Below, in pieces: positions 18,477 through 30,175 of a stretch of 48,829 nucleotides of DNA (positions are counted from its first letter, which is position 1; the number at the start of each line of letters is the position of its first letter). Below the pieces are notes generated by a model, which did no database searches, had not been told where the DNA came from, and was given only the letters and a program-made list of their open reading frames with translations. The stretch covers positions 1 through 48,829 of the forward strand of contig MEDY01000218.1 of NCBI GenBank assembly GCA_001724265.1. The letters run 5' to 3'. The translations under genes were made by a program, and so were the position numbers. The DNA is from Rhizaria sp. SCN 62-66. Taxonomy: Eukaryota.

Positions 18477-21400
18477 TTACGCGATAACGCAACCGCTGGT
18501 ATCCTCCTCATCTCCTGTAGGAATCACGAGCGGTGCGTCGGCCGCCTCCTTCGCAGCAGCCGCGGTGGCCTTCTCTTGCCGCGCGCGCTGCCATTCGAGG
18601 GCGGCCTTGGACGGCGCGCCCACGGCGGCCCCGTCGCCGTCGCCGTCAAGCTTCATCTCGGGCTCGCCGCTGTGCGCGTTGCCGCTGCCGCCGCCGCCGC
18701 CACCAACGACGCTGCCGCCGCCGAACGCGGGCATAGTCGCGCCCGTGACCGCGGCCGTGGGCTCCGCCGCCGCGGCCGCCGCAGCCGTGTCGGCAGTGTC
18801 GGCGGGCATGGTCACGGGCACATCGAGCCAGGGGTCGTCTTCGGCGGCGGGCGCGTCAAGGATGTCTGTGACGGGGGACAGGATCGAGGACATGGAGCAA
18901 ATGCAGCGGAAGCGGTCCTTAGCCTCGCGCGCCTTACGCTCCTCCTCCGTCTCGACGCTTCCGTAGAAGTCGTCGTAGTACAGGTCGTCCGCGCCCGCCG
19001 CCTCGACGCCGCCCTCATGCCGCGCGCGCCCGCGCGAGCGCGAGCGCGAGCGGGAGCCGGAGCGCACGAGGTCCGACCGCTCGCGCCCGTAGTCGTCGTC
19101 GTCGTCGTCGTCGTCGCCGCGGCGGCGCCGTGAGCGCGACCGCGACCGCGACGGGTGGCGCGAGCGTGACTTGGACGCGCCGCGCGAGCGCGAGCGCTGT
19201 CGGGCGCCATCTTTGCCGCCGTCCTCGTCGTCGTGCCCGTCGCGCGCGTCGGCGCCGCCGTCCTCGTCGTCGCGCGCGTCGTCGTGCTCGCGGTCGTCGC
19301 CACGGTCGCGGTCGCGGGCGCGCGGCTTGCGAGGCTTGCGCGGGACGCGCAGCGAGGCCTTGATCTGGTCCGTGATGGGCGTCACCAGCGGCTGCACCAC
19401 GGGCGGCAGCGGCGGCAGCTTCACCTTGGCGGCGCGCGCGCGGAAATGTACAAGTGCGAGCGCGCGCAGCAGCGCCTGATGAACGGTCAAACGCACGGGG
19501 ACCTCACCGTTGGCGCCGCGACCGCGCTCCTCGTCGCTCTCGTCGCCGTCGATCAGCGCCAGGTCGGCGGCCAGCGTCGCGGCGGGTGCGCGCGCGGCCG
19601 CGTCGGCGGGCGACAGTGAGGTGAGCCCCGAGGCCATGAGCGGCGGCGGCACGAGCCGCTGCGCGAGCGCGTACGCGGCCAGCAGCGTCTTGAAGGTGAA
19701 CGCGTGGTCAAGGATGGCGACGTCGTCGTCGTCGATCTCGGCGTCGAGGAAGAAGCCGAACGCGCGCGGGCGCATGACGCGGCGGCCCTCGCTCTCGCGC
19801 ATCTGCGGCCCACGGTCGCGCGGGTTCACCGAGCACGCCAGGAACTCGCTCTCGGCCGCGCGCACCGCCGGGTCGGCCTGCAGCAGCAACGCCACGCACT
19901 CGACCGCGCCCGCGCGCACAGCGTGCATGAGCGCCGTGTGCCGCGCCGCGTCCTGCTGGTGCAGGTCCGCGCGCGCGATCAGCAGCGCCGCCGTGCACGC
20001 CGGCGACCGCGCCGTCACGGCCACCATGAGCGGCGTCGCGCCCAGATTCACGCCCGCGGCGCCGCCGCCCGCGCCCGTGGGCGCCGCCGCGGCCGCGTTG
20101 ACGTTGGCGCCCGCGGCGATTAGCGCGTTGACGCACGCGGGCGCGACGTGGCGCGCGGCGATGTGCAGCGGCGTGAGTCCGTTGGCATCCCACGTCACGG
20201 GCGTCGCGCCCGCCTCGAGCAGCCGCGACACGCACTCCTCGGCTCCCGCCGCAGCTGCCACGGCCAGGGCAGTCAGCTGCTGCAGGTTGCCCGCATCCAG
20301 CACCGCGGCCTGCGGCGCCGCCAGCGCGGGCGCGCCGCGGCCGCCAGCGCGCGCAGAGTTGGCGGAAACAGCGGCGGGCGCGTGCTGCGTGGCGATGAGC
20401 GCGGCCAGCACGGCGAGCAGCGCGTCGGTGTCGCCGCGCGCGCAGGCGAGGTGCAGCAGGGTGTTGCCCGCCAAGTCCGGCGCGGCGATGACGCTGCGCA
20501 CGCGGTCCTTGTGCGCCGCGGGCGCCGAGGCCGAGCACACGAGCGCGCGCCGCAGCCCCTGCAGCGAGCCCGACTGCAGCAGCGAGCGTGCCTGCTCGGC
20601 CGCCGCCGCCACCGCCGCGGGCGCGGACGCTGCCGCCGCCGCCGCGGGGGTCTTAGCCGCGGGCGCGGGCGTTGCACCGGCGGCACCGGCGAACATGGAC
20701 AGCGCCGACGGGTGCACGTCCGCGCTGGCCGCGGCCGACACGGCGAGGTCCAGCGGGTCCAGGCGCGCCGAGCGCGCGCGCACCGCGGCGGCCGAGGCGG
20801 AGCCCGCGGAGACGCCCAGGCGCGACATGAGCTCGTCCTCGTCGTCCTCGTCCTCGTCTTCGTCTTCGTCCTCGTCCTCGTCGCCAGCGCCCTTCCCCTT
20901 GCCCATGCCCTTGCTGCTGCTGCGGCCCTGCTTCGACGCCGACCGAGACCCCGCGCGCGAGCCTGTGCGAGACCCCGCGCGCGAGCCGGCCGCCGAGCCA
21001 GTGCCAGGGCCGGCCAGAGGCGCGGAGACTCGGGAGCGCCCGCGGGCGGCGGCGGCACCGTCCTCGTCCTCCGTGCCCGTCGCCGTGGTCGTCGAGTCGT
21101 CGCCCGTGTCGTCTGTGCCGCCGCCGCTGCCGCTGCCGCCGCCGCCGCGGCCTTCCTCGCCAGAGTCATTCTCGATGAAGGCCAGCACGCCGCCGCGCGA
21201 GAGCTTGCGCGCGCGGCGCCGCTCGCGCCGCCGTCGCCGCTCCGCGGCAGCCTCCTCGCTCTCGTCCCGCTACTCCTCCTCCTCTTCTTCCTCATCGTCG
21301 CCGGCGCGGCCCTTCTTGCCCTTCTTGCCCTTCCCGCGCTTGCGGCCCGCGTCGCTCGCCGGCTCCAATCCCGCGGCCTCGGCCACGGCCGCGTCGTCCG

Positions 21401-23782
21401 CCTTGCGCGCGGCGTCGCGCGCCTCCTTGGCCCTGCGCGCGCCCGCGAGCGTGACGCCCAGGTCGCCCGCGCCGACGCCGAGCAGTGCGCACTCGCCGTC
21501 AGCGAAGGTCACGCACGTCACGTCCGCGGCCGCCGCCTGCTGCAGCGCCGCCGCGCGCGCCGACTGCAGCGCGCTCGTCTCGAGTACCAGCAGCGGGCGC
21601 GGCCGCAGCGGCGCCAGCGCCGTGAGCACCGAGTCCACCGCGCCCGCGGGCTGCGGCGCCCCGCCCATGGCCGCCACGTCGTCCTCGTCTTCCTCCTCTT
21701 CCTCCTCTCCCAGCGCGCCGCCGCTGCCGCTTGCGCGGTGGCGCGGCGGCGTCAGGAAAAGGTGCGAGACGAGCCCGCCGTGGACGACCGCCGCGAAGTC
21801 GGACGACAGCAGCAGCTCGCCCGCGCCCTTGCCGCCTGCGCGCGCGCCCACGTCGCCGCTGGAGCCCGGCCCGCAGTCGACGTACACCAGGAAGCGCGGC
21901 TGCCCCGCGCCGGCTGCGATGGCGCGCAGGCGCAGCTGCAGCGCGCGCGCGGCGGCCTCGCGCGCGCGGTACTCGGCGCTCGTGTCCTGCGAGGTCGCGC
22001 GGCGGGCGGCGGCGCGCGCGATGACCCGCGTGAGCGCGTCGGCGTCGTGCTCGTCAAAGGAGCCCTCGGCGCCGTCGTCGCGGCTGCCGAAGATGTTGTT
22101 CCCGTCGTCGCTGTCGTCCGCGTTGTTCTGGCTGTTCAGCATGTCGCGCTCGCGGGGCCCCGCCAGCGCGCGCGCCGCGGCCTCCTCCTCGGCGGCGGCG
22201 TCGAGCTCGGGGTCGAGCCCGCCGCCCGCGCCGACGCCGGTGGCCTCGCCGCGCGCCGAGGCAAGCGCGCGCGCGGTGGCGCGGCCATGGCGGACCAGCT
22301 CGAGCACCCACTCGGCCATGTCGCGGCGGAAGGGCAGCCCCGTCTGCACGTTCCGGTTCGCCGTCGCCGCCGCGGCGCGCGCGTCAGAGAAGTCGGGCTC
22401 AAAGTGCGCGTATGCGTCCAGGTCCGTAAGCAGCACACCATCGAAGCCCGCGCGCAGCAGCGAGTCCAGGTGTGACAGCGCGGCGGCCTGGTAGTCGCGC
22501 GACCAGAAGCGGCACACGTACCGCCGCGACGCCGCCGCGGGCAGCGCGGGGGCCGCGGCGCCGGCGTCGTCGCCGTCGCCCTCGGCGGACTCTGGGACCA
22601 GGGAGGCGGGCGCGGTGGTGAGGGCGGCTTTGTTGAGCGCGGGCCGCCAGAGCGAGCCGCCGAGCATGCTAGCGCACGGCGCAGCGGTGCGCGCGGGCGG
22701 CGGGAAGGCCGAGGAGGAGACGGCGACCGACACGGCGTCGTCGTCGTCGTCGCCGGGCGGGTCGCACAGCCACGCCGGGCGCAGGCGCGACAGCAGCGCC
22801 GAGGCTGCGCGCGGGGGGACGGAAGACATAAAGGACGGGTGAAAAGAATAGCGGATTGAATGAGTTGACAAATGTTGTTGCAAATGTGAATCTAAAGCAG
22901 TGCATTCAATGTGTTGCATGGTAAGAAAAGACACTGAGTTGCTCGTTCACTGGCACTGACACGTACTGGTGGTCTTGTTCGCGAGGCAGCGCGAGTACTC
23001 CGCGTGGAAGGGGTCCAGGTCCGGCTCCCAGGCGGGGCCCGAGGGACCCGTGAGGCCCGCGGAGAAGGTGCAGAGCACGCGCCTCGCGGGGTGCCCGCGC
23101 TTGATCGCGGCCAGGTCTGCGTAAGATATGTGCGCAGAGCAGTGCGAAAGGAAGTGAAAAGAAAGAAAAAAAAAAGCATGCGATGTGTAATGTGAGTGAT
23201 TAAAAGCGCTGAAGTGTACTGTGAACATGGTGGCAGTCTGTAAATGTATCTTGACTCTTGTTACGCGATCCCCGTACCTCTTTCTGTCCACTTGTCGGCC
23301 GGGTCCTCGGGATTAGGCCCGGGACCGAGGATGATGAGGTCCCTGCCGCAGCCGGCGAGCTGCTTGAGCAGCCGCGCACGCGCCTCGCGCAGGGCCAGCG
23401 TGGACCCGGGCTTCGCCCCGCCCGCGGGCGCCGCGGAGGGCGGCGGGTTGAGCACGACCGCGAACGAGGCCGGCACCCACGCGGCGGCGGCGCGCGCGGC
23501 CGCCAGCATCGACGCCGTCTCGCGCGTCACACCCACGGCCAAGTGGCCGCCGGCGCCCGCGCCCGCGCCTGTGCCTGCAGAGGAGAACTGCAGGGGGTGC
23601 GAGGGCATCCCGCGCGAGGCGCCGAATGACGACGACGAGGACGAAGACGAGGATGTGTATGCGGCGGCGGAAGACGAGGCTGCCGAGTAGCCGCCGCCGC
23701 CGATGCCACCAGCGCCGTAGGGCGACAACGCGCTGGGATGGTTAAACGGCGACGCCGCCGCGATTCCCTGCTTAGGGGGCAT
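18477..23782 (-). CDS. GH114/MJ1477-TM1410-like TIM-barrel domain, ankyrin repeats and CaaX box; exons 23782-23278, 23116-22967, 22804-18477; one in-frame TAG at 21270-21272
   Basis: Two phase-compatible GTACG...CAG introns. Spliced product contains DLIILGP...KWTERDLAAIKRG..RRVLCTFSAG, RPAWL, YVCRFWSRDYQ...LDSLLRAGFDGVLLTDLDAY and RRDMAEWVLEL. Ankyrin motifs GNTLLHLAC, GLTPLHIAA, GATPLMVAV, HTALMHAV; ends CVIA-TAA. ORFs 21270..22934 and 18477..21188 share one frame. Confidence 0.72.
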
Positions 23783-24420
23783 CGCGTTCTGTGGATAACA
23801 AAAATTGGGGAAGGAGATAAATTGGAATGTGTAAGCAGGAGTGGAGAGAGTGGGTCTGCAGTGCGGGTGTGCCATGGAAAGAACGGAACGTGGAATGGAA
23901 TCTGCGAGATGATACTTCACTCGTGCAAAACAGTAGTGCAGGGTGTCCTCAAATTGATATATCTCGGATGAATACTAGTCTGACCTAAAGGTAATGTACC
24001 TAAAGTTTGTAGGGGGAGTGGCTTGGAGGAAGGTGTGGAAGTCTGTGTGGTCTGTTGCAGAGAACTAGCGGTGATGATAGAGGAGACAAAATGGTGGCGA
24101 GAGTGAGTCAGCGGAAAGAGAGATACGAGCAAACATCAACCTTGCATGAAATTGTTGAAATTAAACTATTAAACTAAAGCACATCTAATACGCAGTCACA
24201 CAGTCCATCTTGTATTTGACGACGTATTGAGCGCAGGAGCAATAGATTTCAAAGCAGCTGACCGGCCTGTGGTCCCTCAGCGAACCAAGCAAGTGCGGTT
24301 CGCAAAAAAGCACATCGACTTCCGTCCGTCCGTCCGACCGAAACTAACAGTCAAAACGAGGCAATGAAAAACATGTGATTGCTCATCTGCTAACGCGGCA
24401 CTGATATACTACGTGTCACC

Positions 24421-26068
24421 ATGAATGAGAGTACGTCAAGAAAGATTCGAATCATTAATACGCTGTCATTTCGCCCACGCGTTGTTTCCCACCAGTATGC
24501 CTGATCTTGTGCTCTGTGTACAGGGGCGTAACGGCCACCAAGCCCTTCTGTCCAGACGTCCTGCGCCCTTATACTGCTTCTGTTTCTCACCGCACCAACC
24601 TGAACATATCCATTGCATGTGTTGTCACCCTTTGCCCTTGCTTTTTGCAGACTTTGAGAGTGCCAAGGCCTTCCTGCAGAAGGTGGACCCCAGTGGCCGC
24701 ACCCTGTACGACCACCTGACGTCCGTCATCCTCGACGTCGTCAAGGAGAAGCCCGAGAACCCGCTGGCGGCGTTCGAGAGCATCTCCGTGCGCGTCAAGA
24801 ACGCGGCCACGGACCCGACGGTGTACAAGGAGATCCCCTCTCTGGCCGAGGACGCGCCCGCGTTCAAGCGCCTGCAGGCCTCCGTCAAGGCGACGGCGCA
24901 GCTTATCTCGCCGCAGTACGACGAGGACGAGGACGAGCCCGAGCCGATGCTGATCCCCGACCTGGTCGCCGAGGCGCAGCTGCTTGAGAGCGCGGGCGTG
25001 TCGCTGGGCGCCGAGGAAATGTACAAGCTCACGCTGTCGATCCAGCGCTTCGCGTCGGCCGAGGCTATCGAGGAGGTCCGCTTCGTCGGCAAGGTCCTGG
25101 GCACGCACGCCGACTACTACATCATCGAGGGCCGCCCTGTGGAGTTCCCCGAGGAGGTCGAGGAGACGGACGCCAACAAGACGGTCGAGCCCTGGGGCGA
25201 GGGTGCCAACGAGCTGGTCTACTACGCCACCAACTCCGCCGAGGACCCCTGGGTCGCGCTGCCGCAGCTGCACCCGGCCTGGGTCACCGTGGCCCGCTCC
25301 GCGCGTCGCTTCTTCACCGGCAACCTCGCCGCGCCCGTCCCCGGCTTCCCGCACTTCATCGACAACGAGGCGGCTTACCTGCGCGCGCAGATCCAGCGCA
25401 TCGTGTCGGCGACGTGGGTCGCGCCGCAGGGCTACTACGTGCCCGACGACGCGGCCAACGAGCTTAACGACGTGCTGCGCCGCGACGACGACTTCGCGGG
25501 GCTGGAACCCGCCGAGCTGGCCACGCCCGAGGGTTGGGCGCACCACCGCGCGCTGCTGCTGCGCCAGGGCCGCGTGACGGCGTGGGTGGACCCCGACGCC
25601 GACGAGGAGGACGACGAGGCCGAGCCCGCCGAGGAGCCCGAGGAGCCGGTGGCGAAGCTGCGCGCGGTCGCCGAGGACGACCACGGCTTCGGCCCGCTCC
25701 ACCGCGACTCGGACCAGACGGGCTCGTGGACCTTCCGCGTGCTGCCCGCGGCGCACAACCCGTACGCGAGCGCCGTGGCCGTTTCGCTGGCGTGGCCGGG
25801 TGCAGTGACCGTGGCCAAGGGCAAGCAGGTCGTGTCGGTGTACGTGGGCTGGGGGCAGAAGCACCTGGGCAAGACGTACACTCCGCCCGCGCCGCCGCAG
25901 ATTCAGAGCGAGTACGTGGCGACGTTCAACGAGGAGGAGGGCGAGAGCAACCCGCTGGAGGAGCAGGCGGACCCCGAGCCGCCCAAGGACGCGGCCGAGG
26001 AGGAGGACGGCGAGGACTTCGACGAGGGCGACGAGGGCGACGACCTCGACGACGACTACAACAACTAA
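24421..26068 (+). CDS. RSPH4A: Flagellar radial spoke head protein RSP4/6 family; exons 24421-24430 and 24651-26068 (~475 aa)
   Basis: ATG AAT GAG A|gtacgt...ttttgcag|AC gives MNENFESAKAFLQK..LYDHL. Family motifs RFVGKVLGTHADYYIIE, EPWGEGANELVYY, WVALP, RRFFTGNL.APV..FP.F..NEAAYLRAQI.RI, SLAWPGA, YVGWGQK; acidic tail. Confidence 0.92.
24431..24650 (+). other. Spliceosomal intron (220 nt) after a 10-nt coding first exon of RSP4/6
   Basis: GTACGT donor, polypyrimidine tract and GCAG acceptor; restores the frame from ATG 24421. Confidence 0.8.
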
Positions 26069-26649
26069 GCGCACTACAGCTGCCTGCGCTCGCGAGAGGT
26101 CTGTCCAGATTGACCCGTCCAAATATAGCGATAAGAAAGAAAAACAGAACACAACAACAGCACAAAAAGATAACAAACACACACGACTACACACTTTGTT
26201 TTGAAAGATAAAGCTGCTCTGCGTTGGTATGCGGGCGGCGTGACTGAGAAAAACTGTTACTCTGTATTATACGATACACTAGCATATATTCATACTTTCA
26301 ACCACTTCATCCTTCGTTGCTATAATCGTCATGAACATATCGTGACACGCTTATGTTACGCTGCACCTGTCACAACATAGTGGTCGACTCTGAGGACTCC
26401 CCAACAGGCAGTCGTTACTTTTCAGATGGAGACAAAAAGAGCGTCATTTCAAAATGATGTTGTATTTCTGAAATTTTTATATTGATAAATGTATGTTCAT
26501 TTTATTAGAACTTCCTGATCGCTCATTGATGCCTTCATATCCCTTCATGAACTTCCCTCCAATGCAGCCTCACCTCAGTCAAAGTCGTCGTCGCGCGCAG
26601 CTCCAGCCTTCTCATCAGCCAACACTAGCACACGCATCACTCAAGAACG

Positions 26650-28470
26650 ATGCCTCCCCAACCCGTGGCGAGCGGCCGCGGCCACGCCCCGCTCTCGTCC
26701 GCGCGCATGGCGTCCTCGCCGTCCAGCTCGACCTCGTCCCTCACCGGCACGACCCCCGCGTCTGCGGGCGGGCCCGGCTCGCTGTCTGCCGCGTCCTCGA
26801 CCTCGGGCCTGCTGCCCGCCCCCGCGGCGGGCGCGGCGACGGCGAACGCGCCCTACGAGCCCGCGCCGCCGGCGAAGCAGTCGCACGTGACTGTGACGCT
26901 GGGCGCCGTGCACCGGCTCGTGTGCAACACCGAGTGCCGTAACGAGGCCTTCGTCGCGCTCCTCGAGCGCGCCGCCGCCGCCGCGCTGCGCTCCGCTTTT
27001 GCCGCCAAGGAGGCCGAGTTTGTCGCCGCGCTTGCGCGCCTGGATGCCGAGGACGCCGACGCCGCCGCGCTGCTGGCCGCGCGCGAAGACGCGGAGGCCA
27101 AGCGCCTGGCCGCGCTCGCCGCCGAGCAGGCCGCCGCCGCCGCCGCCGCCGCCGCCAACGGGGGCTCCGCGGGGCCCTCGTCGCCCGCGAACGGCGCGGC
27201 CGCCAGTGGGGCCGGCGCCACCCCCGCGCGCGGGCGGCCCAGCCGCGCCTCCCTCGTCCAGGGGGAGGCCTCCGGCATGCTCGGCGCTAACGCCAGCAGC
27301 AGCAGCAGCAGCAGCGCCGCCGCCGCCGCCGCGTCGACGCCCGAGGCGGAGCTTGCGTCGCTGCGGCTGCGGCTGCGCGCTGAGGAGGACGCGCGCGCCG
27401 CGCGTCGGCTGGCGCTGGCCGAGGCCGCCGAGGCGCTGCTGCGCGAGAAGATGCAGCTGCGCGCGCTCGCCGGCGGCGCCGACATCCGGCACCCAGCCAC
27501 GGGCGCGCCGCTGGGGCTCGCGCAGCGACCCGCCGAGCTCACCGCGCACGCCGTGGCGGCGCTGGGCGCGGGCGCGCAGCGGACGTACCCCGCCGCCTTC
27601 GCCGTCGACACAGCCGCGCTCGCAGCCGCGGTCGCCGACGCCAACGCCGCGCTCGCGGCAGCCAAGGCGGCCGCGTTGGCCGAAGCGCTCGCGGCGGAGA
27701 CCGCCGCCGCCGAGGCTGCCGCCGCTGCCGCCGCTGCCGCCGCAGCCGCCGCCCCCGCTGCGGCTCACGAGGCCAACCCCCAGGCTGCCGCGGCTGCTGC
27801 TCCCGTAGCTGCCGCTGCCGCTGCCGCTGCGCCGACATCGAGCAGCAAGGGCAGCGCGGCCGGCAAGCCCGCCGCGTCGTCCCTGGCGGCCGCCGTGGTT
27901 GCGGCGGGCGGCGCGGGCGCGGGCACGGGCGCGGGCTCGCCAGCCGCCCTGGCCGCCGCGGCCGCTGCGGCCGCGGGACTGGGCCCGGCCTCGCCCGCGG
28001 CGCACGCGGCCGCCGTGGCCCGCGCCGCGGTCACCACGCTGCAGCGCCACCCCTCGACGCCCTTCGTCGCCGCGCCCGCCACCCCCGCTGGCCCCGCCAG
28101 CGCCGCGAGTGCAAGTGCGAATGCCGGTGCGGGTGCAGCGGGCTCCGCGAGCGCGGGCGCCGCCTCCTCCAGCCCGAGAGCGGGCTCGAGAACCATCTCC
28201 AGCGCTGGCTCTGCCGCCGCTGCCGCTGCGCCCTCTTCTCCGACTCCTGCGGCCGCTGCTGCCGCCGCCGCTGCCACTGCTGCTGCCGCTGCTGCGGGCG
28301 CGAGTCTGGGTGGTTCGCGCGTGCTCGCGTCGCTGGAGCTGGCCGTGCTGGCGCTGCCTGTGGCGACACTGCTGGCCGCCGCCGTGCCCGCGACCGCGCC
28401 CGCGCAGGCGCAGGCCGCCAAGCCGCGCACCAGCGGCGGCAGCGGCAGCGGCAGGCACTCGCTCGTGTGA
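26650..28470 (+). CDS. Ala-rich hypothetical protein, possibly with a split CXorf65/C22orf15-like domain
   Basis: 606-aa GC-rich frame flanked by AT-rich spacers. The only complex segments are HVTVTLGAVHRLVCNTECRNEAFVALLER and ADIRHPATGAPLGLAQRP...RTY. TGA stop. Family resemblance is weak. Confidence 0.6.
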   Translation: MPPQPVASGRGHAPLSSARMASSPSSSTSSLTGTTPASAGGPGSLSAASSTSGLLPAPAAGAATANAPYEPAPPAKQSHVTVTLGAVHRLVCNTECRNEAFVALLERAAAAALRSAFAAKEAEFVAALARLDAEDADAAALLAAREDAEAKRLAALAAEQAAAAAAAAANGGSAGPSSPANGAAASGAGATPARGRPSRASLVQGEASGMLGANASSSSSSSAAAAAASTPEAELASLRLRLRAEEDARAARRLALAEAAEALLREKMQLRALAGGADIRHPATGAPLGLAQRPAELTAHAVAALGAGAQRTYPAAFAVDTAALAAAVADANAALAAAKAAALAEALAAETAAAEAAAAAAAAAAAAAPAAAHEANPQAAAAAAPVAAAAAAAAPTSSSKGSAAGKPAASSLAAAVVAAGGAGAGTGAGSPAALAAAAAAAAGLGPASPAAHAAAVARAAVTTLQRHPSTPFVAAPATPAGPASAASASANAGAGAAGSASAGAASSSPRAGSRTISSAGSAAAAAAPSSPTPAAAAAAAAATAAAAAAGASLGGSRVLASLELAVLALPVATLLAAAVPATAPAQAQAAKPRTSGGSGSGRHSLV

Positions 28471-28885
28471 GCGGCGCGATCTGGGTGACTGAAGCACCGT
28501 CGGTCATATTATAGTAAGAAGAACTATCAACGAATACGCAAAGTGAGAAAGCGCTTTGCGGTGATTAATGACTATTTTCTACTGGGAGTGCACTTGTCAG
28601 AGTGCCTTATGTATTGTTATGTTGTTATTTCAATGAATTATGTTCCACATGTTGTTGTTGTCGAATATTTACGTGCCGTCTAAGCATCTCCGTCGATAGA
28701 AGCAGAAGATGCATGACGTAATACAACAGGGCCAGCCTCTTATTTTCATTATGATCGGAACATTATATAACCAGTAATTAACGATGAATCCATGTTTTTC
28801 TTCTTCTCGGCTTTCTCATCCTCACCGTCACCGAGTGCAGAGCGCGCAGCAGTGGGGTTGCGCGTGTAGCGCGATCGATCGCCCC

Positions 28886-29731
28886 TCAGAGCTTCGCGAC
28901 TGGCCGGCCCATCTCCTCGGCGCGCTCGGTCGCGGCGACGACTGCGCCGATAACTGCGGCGCGGAGCCCGCCGCGCTCGAGCGCGTGGACGCCTGCGATG
29001 GTGGTGCCGCCGGGCGAGGCGACCTGATCCTTAAGCACGGCGGGGTGCGCGCCGGTGCGCTGGACCATGAGCGCCGAGCCCAGCACCGTCTGCACGGCCA
29101 GCGCGGAGGCCGTCGCGCGCGGCAGCCCCGCGCGGACGCCGCCGTCGGCCAGCGCCTCGATGAACTGGAATACGAAGGCGGGGCCCGACGCTGAGAGGCC
29201 CGTCACGGCGTCCAGGTCCTTCTCGCCGACCTCGACGGCGAGCCCCACGGCCGAGAGCAGGCGCAAGACCAGCGCCAGGTCCGCGCGCGAGGCGTGCGCG
29301 CCGGGCGCAAAGGCCGCGGCGCCCGCGCCGACGAGCGAGGGCGTGTTGGGCATAACGCGCACGACGCGCGCGCCCGCGGGGAGGCCCGCCGCGAGCGAGG
29401 CGCACGTGACGCCCGCGCACACCGACACGACGAGGTGGCGCGCGACGTCGAGCGCGGGCGCCAGCTCCGCCAGCACGGCCGGCACGCCCGCGGGCTTGAC
29501 GGCGATGAAGACGACGTCGGCGAAAGCCGCCACGGCGGCGGTGCTCTGCGTCGTCCGGATCTTGAGCGCGGCCTCGTGCTTGGCCAGCAGCGGCGCGAAC
29601 GTGTCAGAGGCGATCACGCGGTCCGCCGAGACAACCTTCTTCGCGATCATGCCCTCAAACAGCGCGGTCGCCATGTTGCCCGCGCCAATGAACCCCACGG
29701 TGGGCTGCGCAGCGGCAGAAGAGTCAGACAT
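28886..29731 (-). CDS. proC: Pyrroline-5-carboxylate reductase
   Basis: GFIGAGNMA Rossmann motif, IAVKP, RVMPNTP, DAVTGLSASGPAFVF..IEALADGG, LKDQVASPGGTTIAG; TGA stop. Confidence 0.96.
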   Translation of the reverse strand: MSDSSAAAQPTVGFIGAGNMATALFEGMIAKKVVSADRVIASDTFAPLLAKHEAALKIRTTQSTAAVAAFADVVFIAVKPAGVPAVLAELAPALDVARHLVVSVCAGVTCASLAAGLPAGARVVRVMPNTPSLVGAGAAAFAPGAHASRADLALVLRLLSAVGLAVEVGEKDLDAVTGLSASGPAFVFQFIEALADGGVRAGLPRATASALAVQTVLGSALMVQRTGAHPAVLKDQVASPGGTTIAGVHALERGGLRAAVIGAVVAATERAEEMGRPVAKL

Positions 29732-30175
29732 CGGCTTGTTACCTGTGTATGGATGGGAGGGGTGGCAAAGATCCGGACGGTGAGATGAGGGTCGAGATTG
29801 GAAGCTTTAAGATTAATGCTAATTAAATAATGGGCAAACCAAGTATCTCTAAGTGTGCACCGTTGTTTTAAATGCGCTGACGGTGACTGCACGCATAGGC
29901 ACACAGCTTTTCTTTGTGCATCCTGTCCGCAGCCGAACAGCCGATGGATCGAGGGCCCGGAGCACGTGAACTGGTCGGTTTTTTGCGAGACATGAAGAAG
30001 CGTGTATAGTTCGTCATTCGAGTGTTTTTGTTATAATCTGTCACTCAAACTTATATAGTACCTCATTCTACTTTGATTTTTTCTTTGTGACTTGTTATAG
30101 CGCAGCAGAAGCGCCTCTTCGTTCGTCGAACTCCCGTTGCGCACCTCATTCGTCGGCTGGAGCGACAAATATCGA

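Noticed and set aside
19510-22494. Very long antisense and alternate-frame ORFs (994 aa and 775 aa here; many others such as 1306..3180, 26641..28497, 32579..34282)
   Set aside because: Shadow ORFs expected from extreme GC content and codon bias of the real genes. They are Arg/Ala/Ser-rich with no recognisable motifs.
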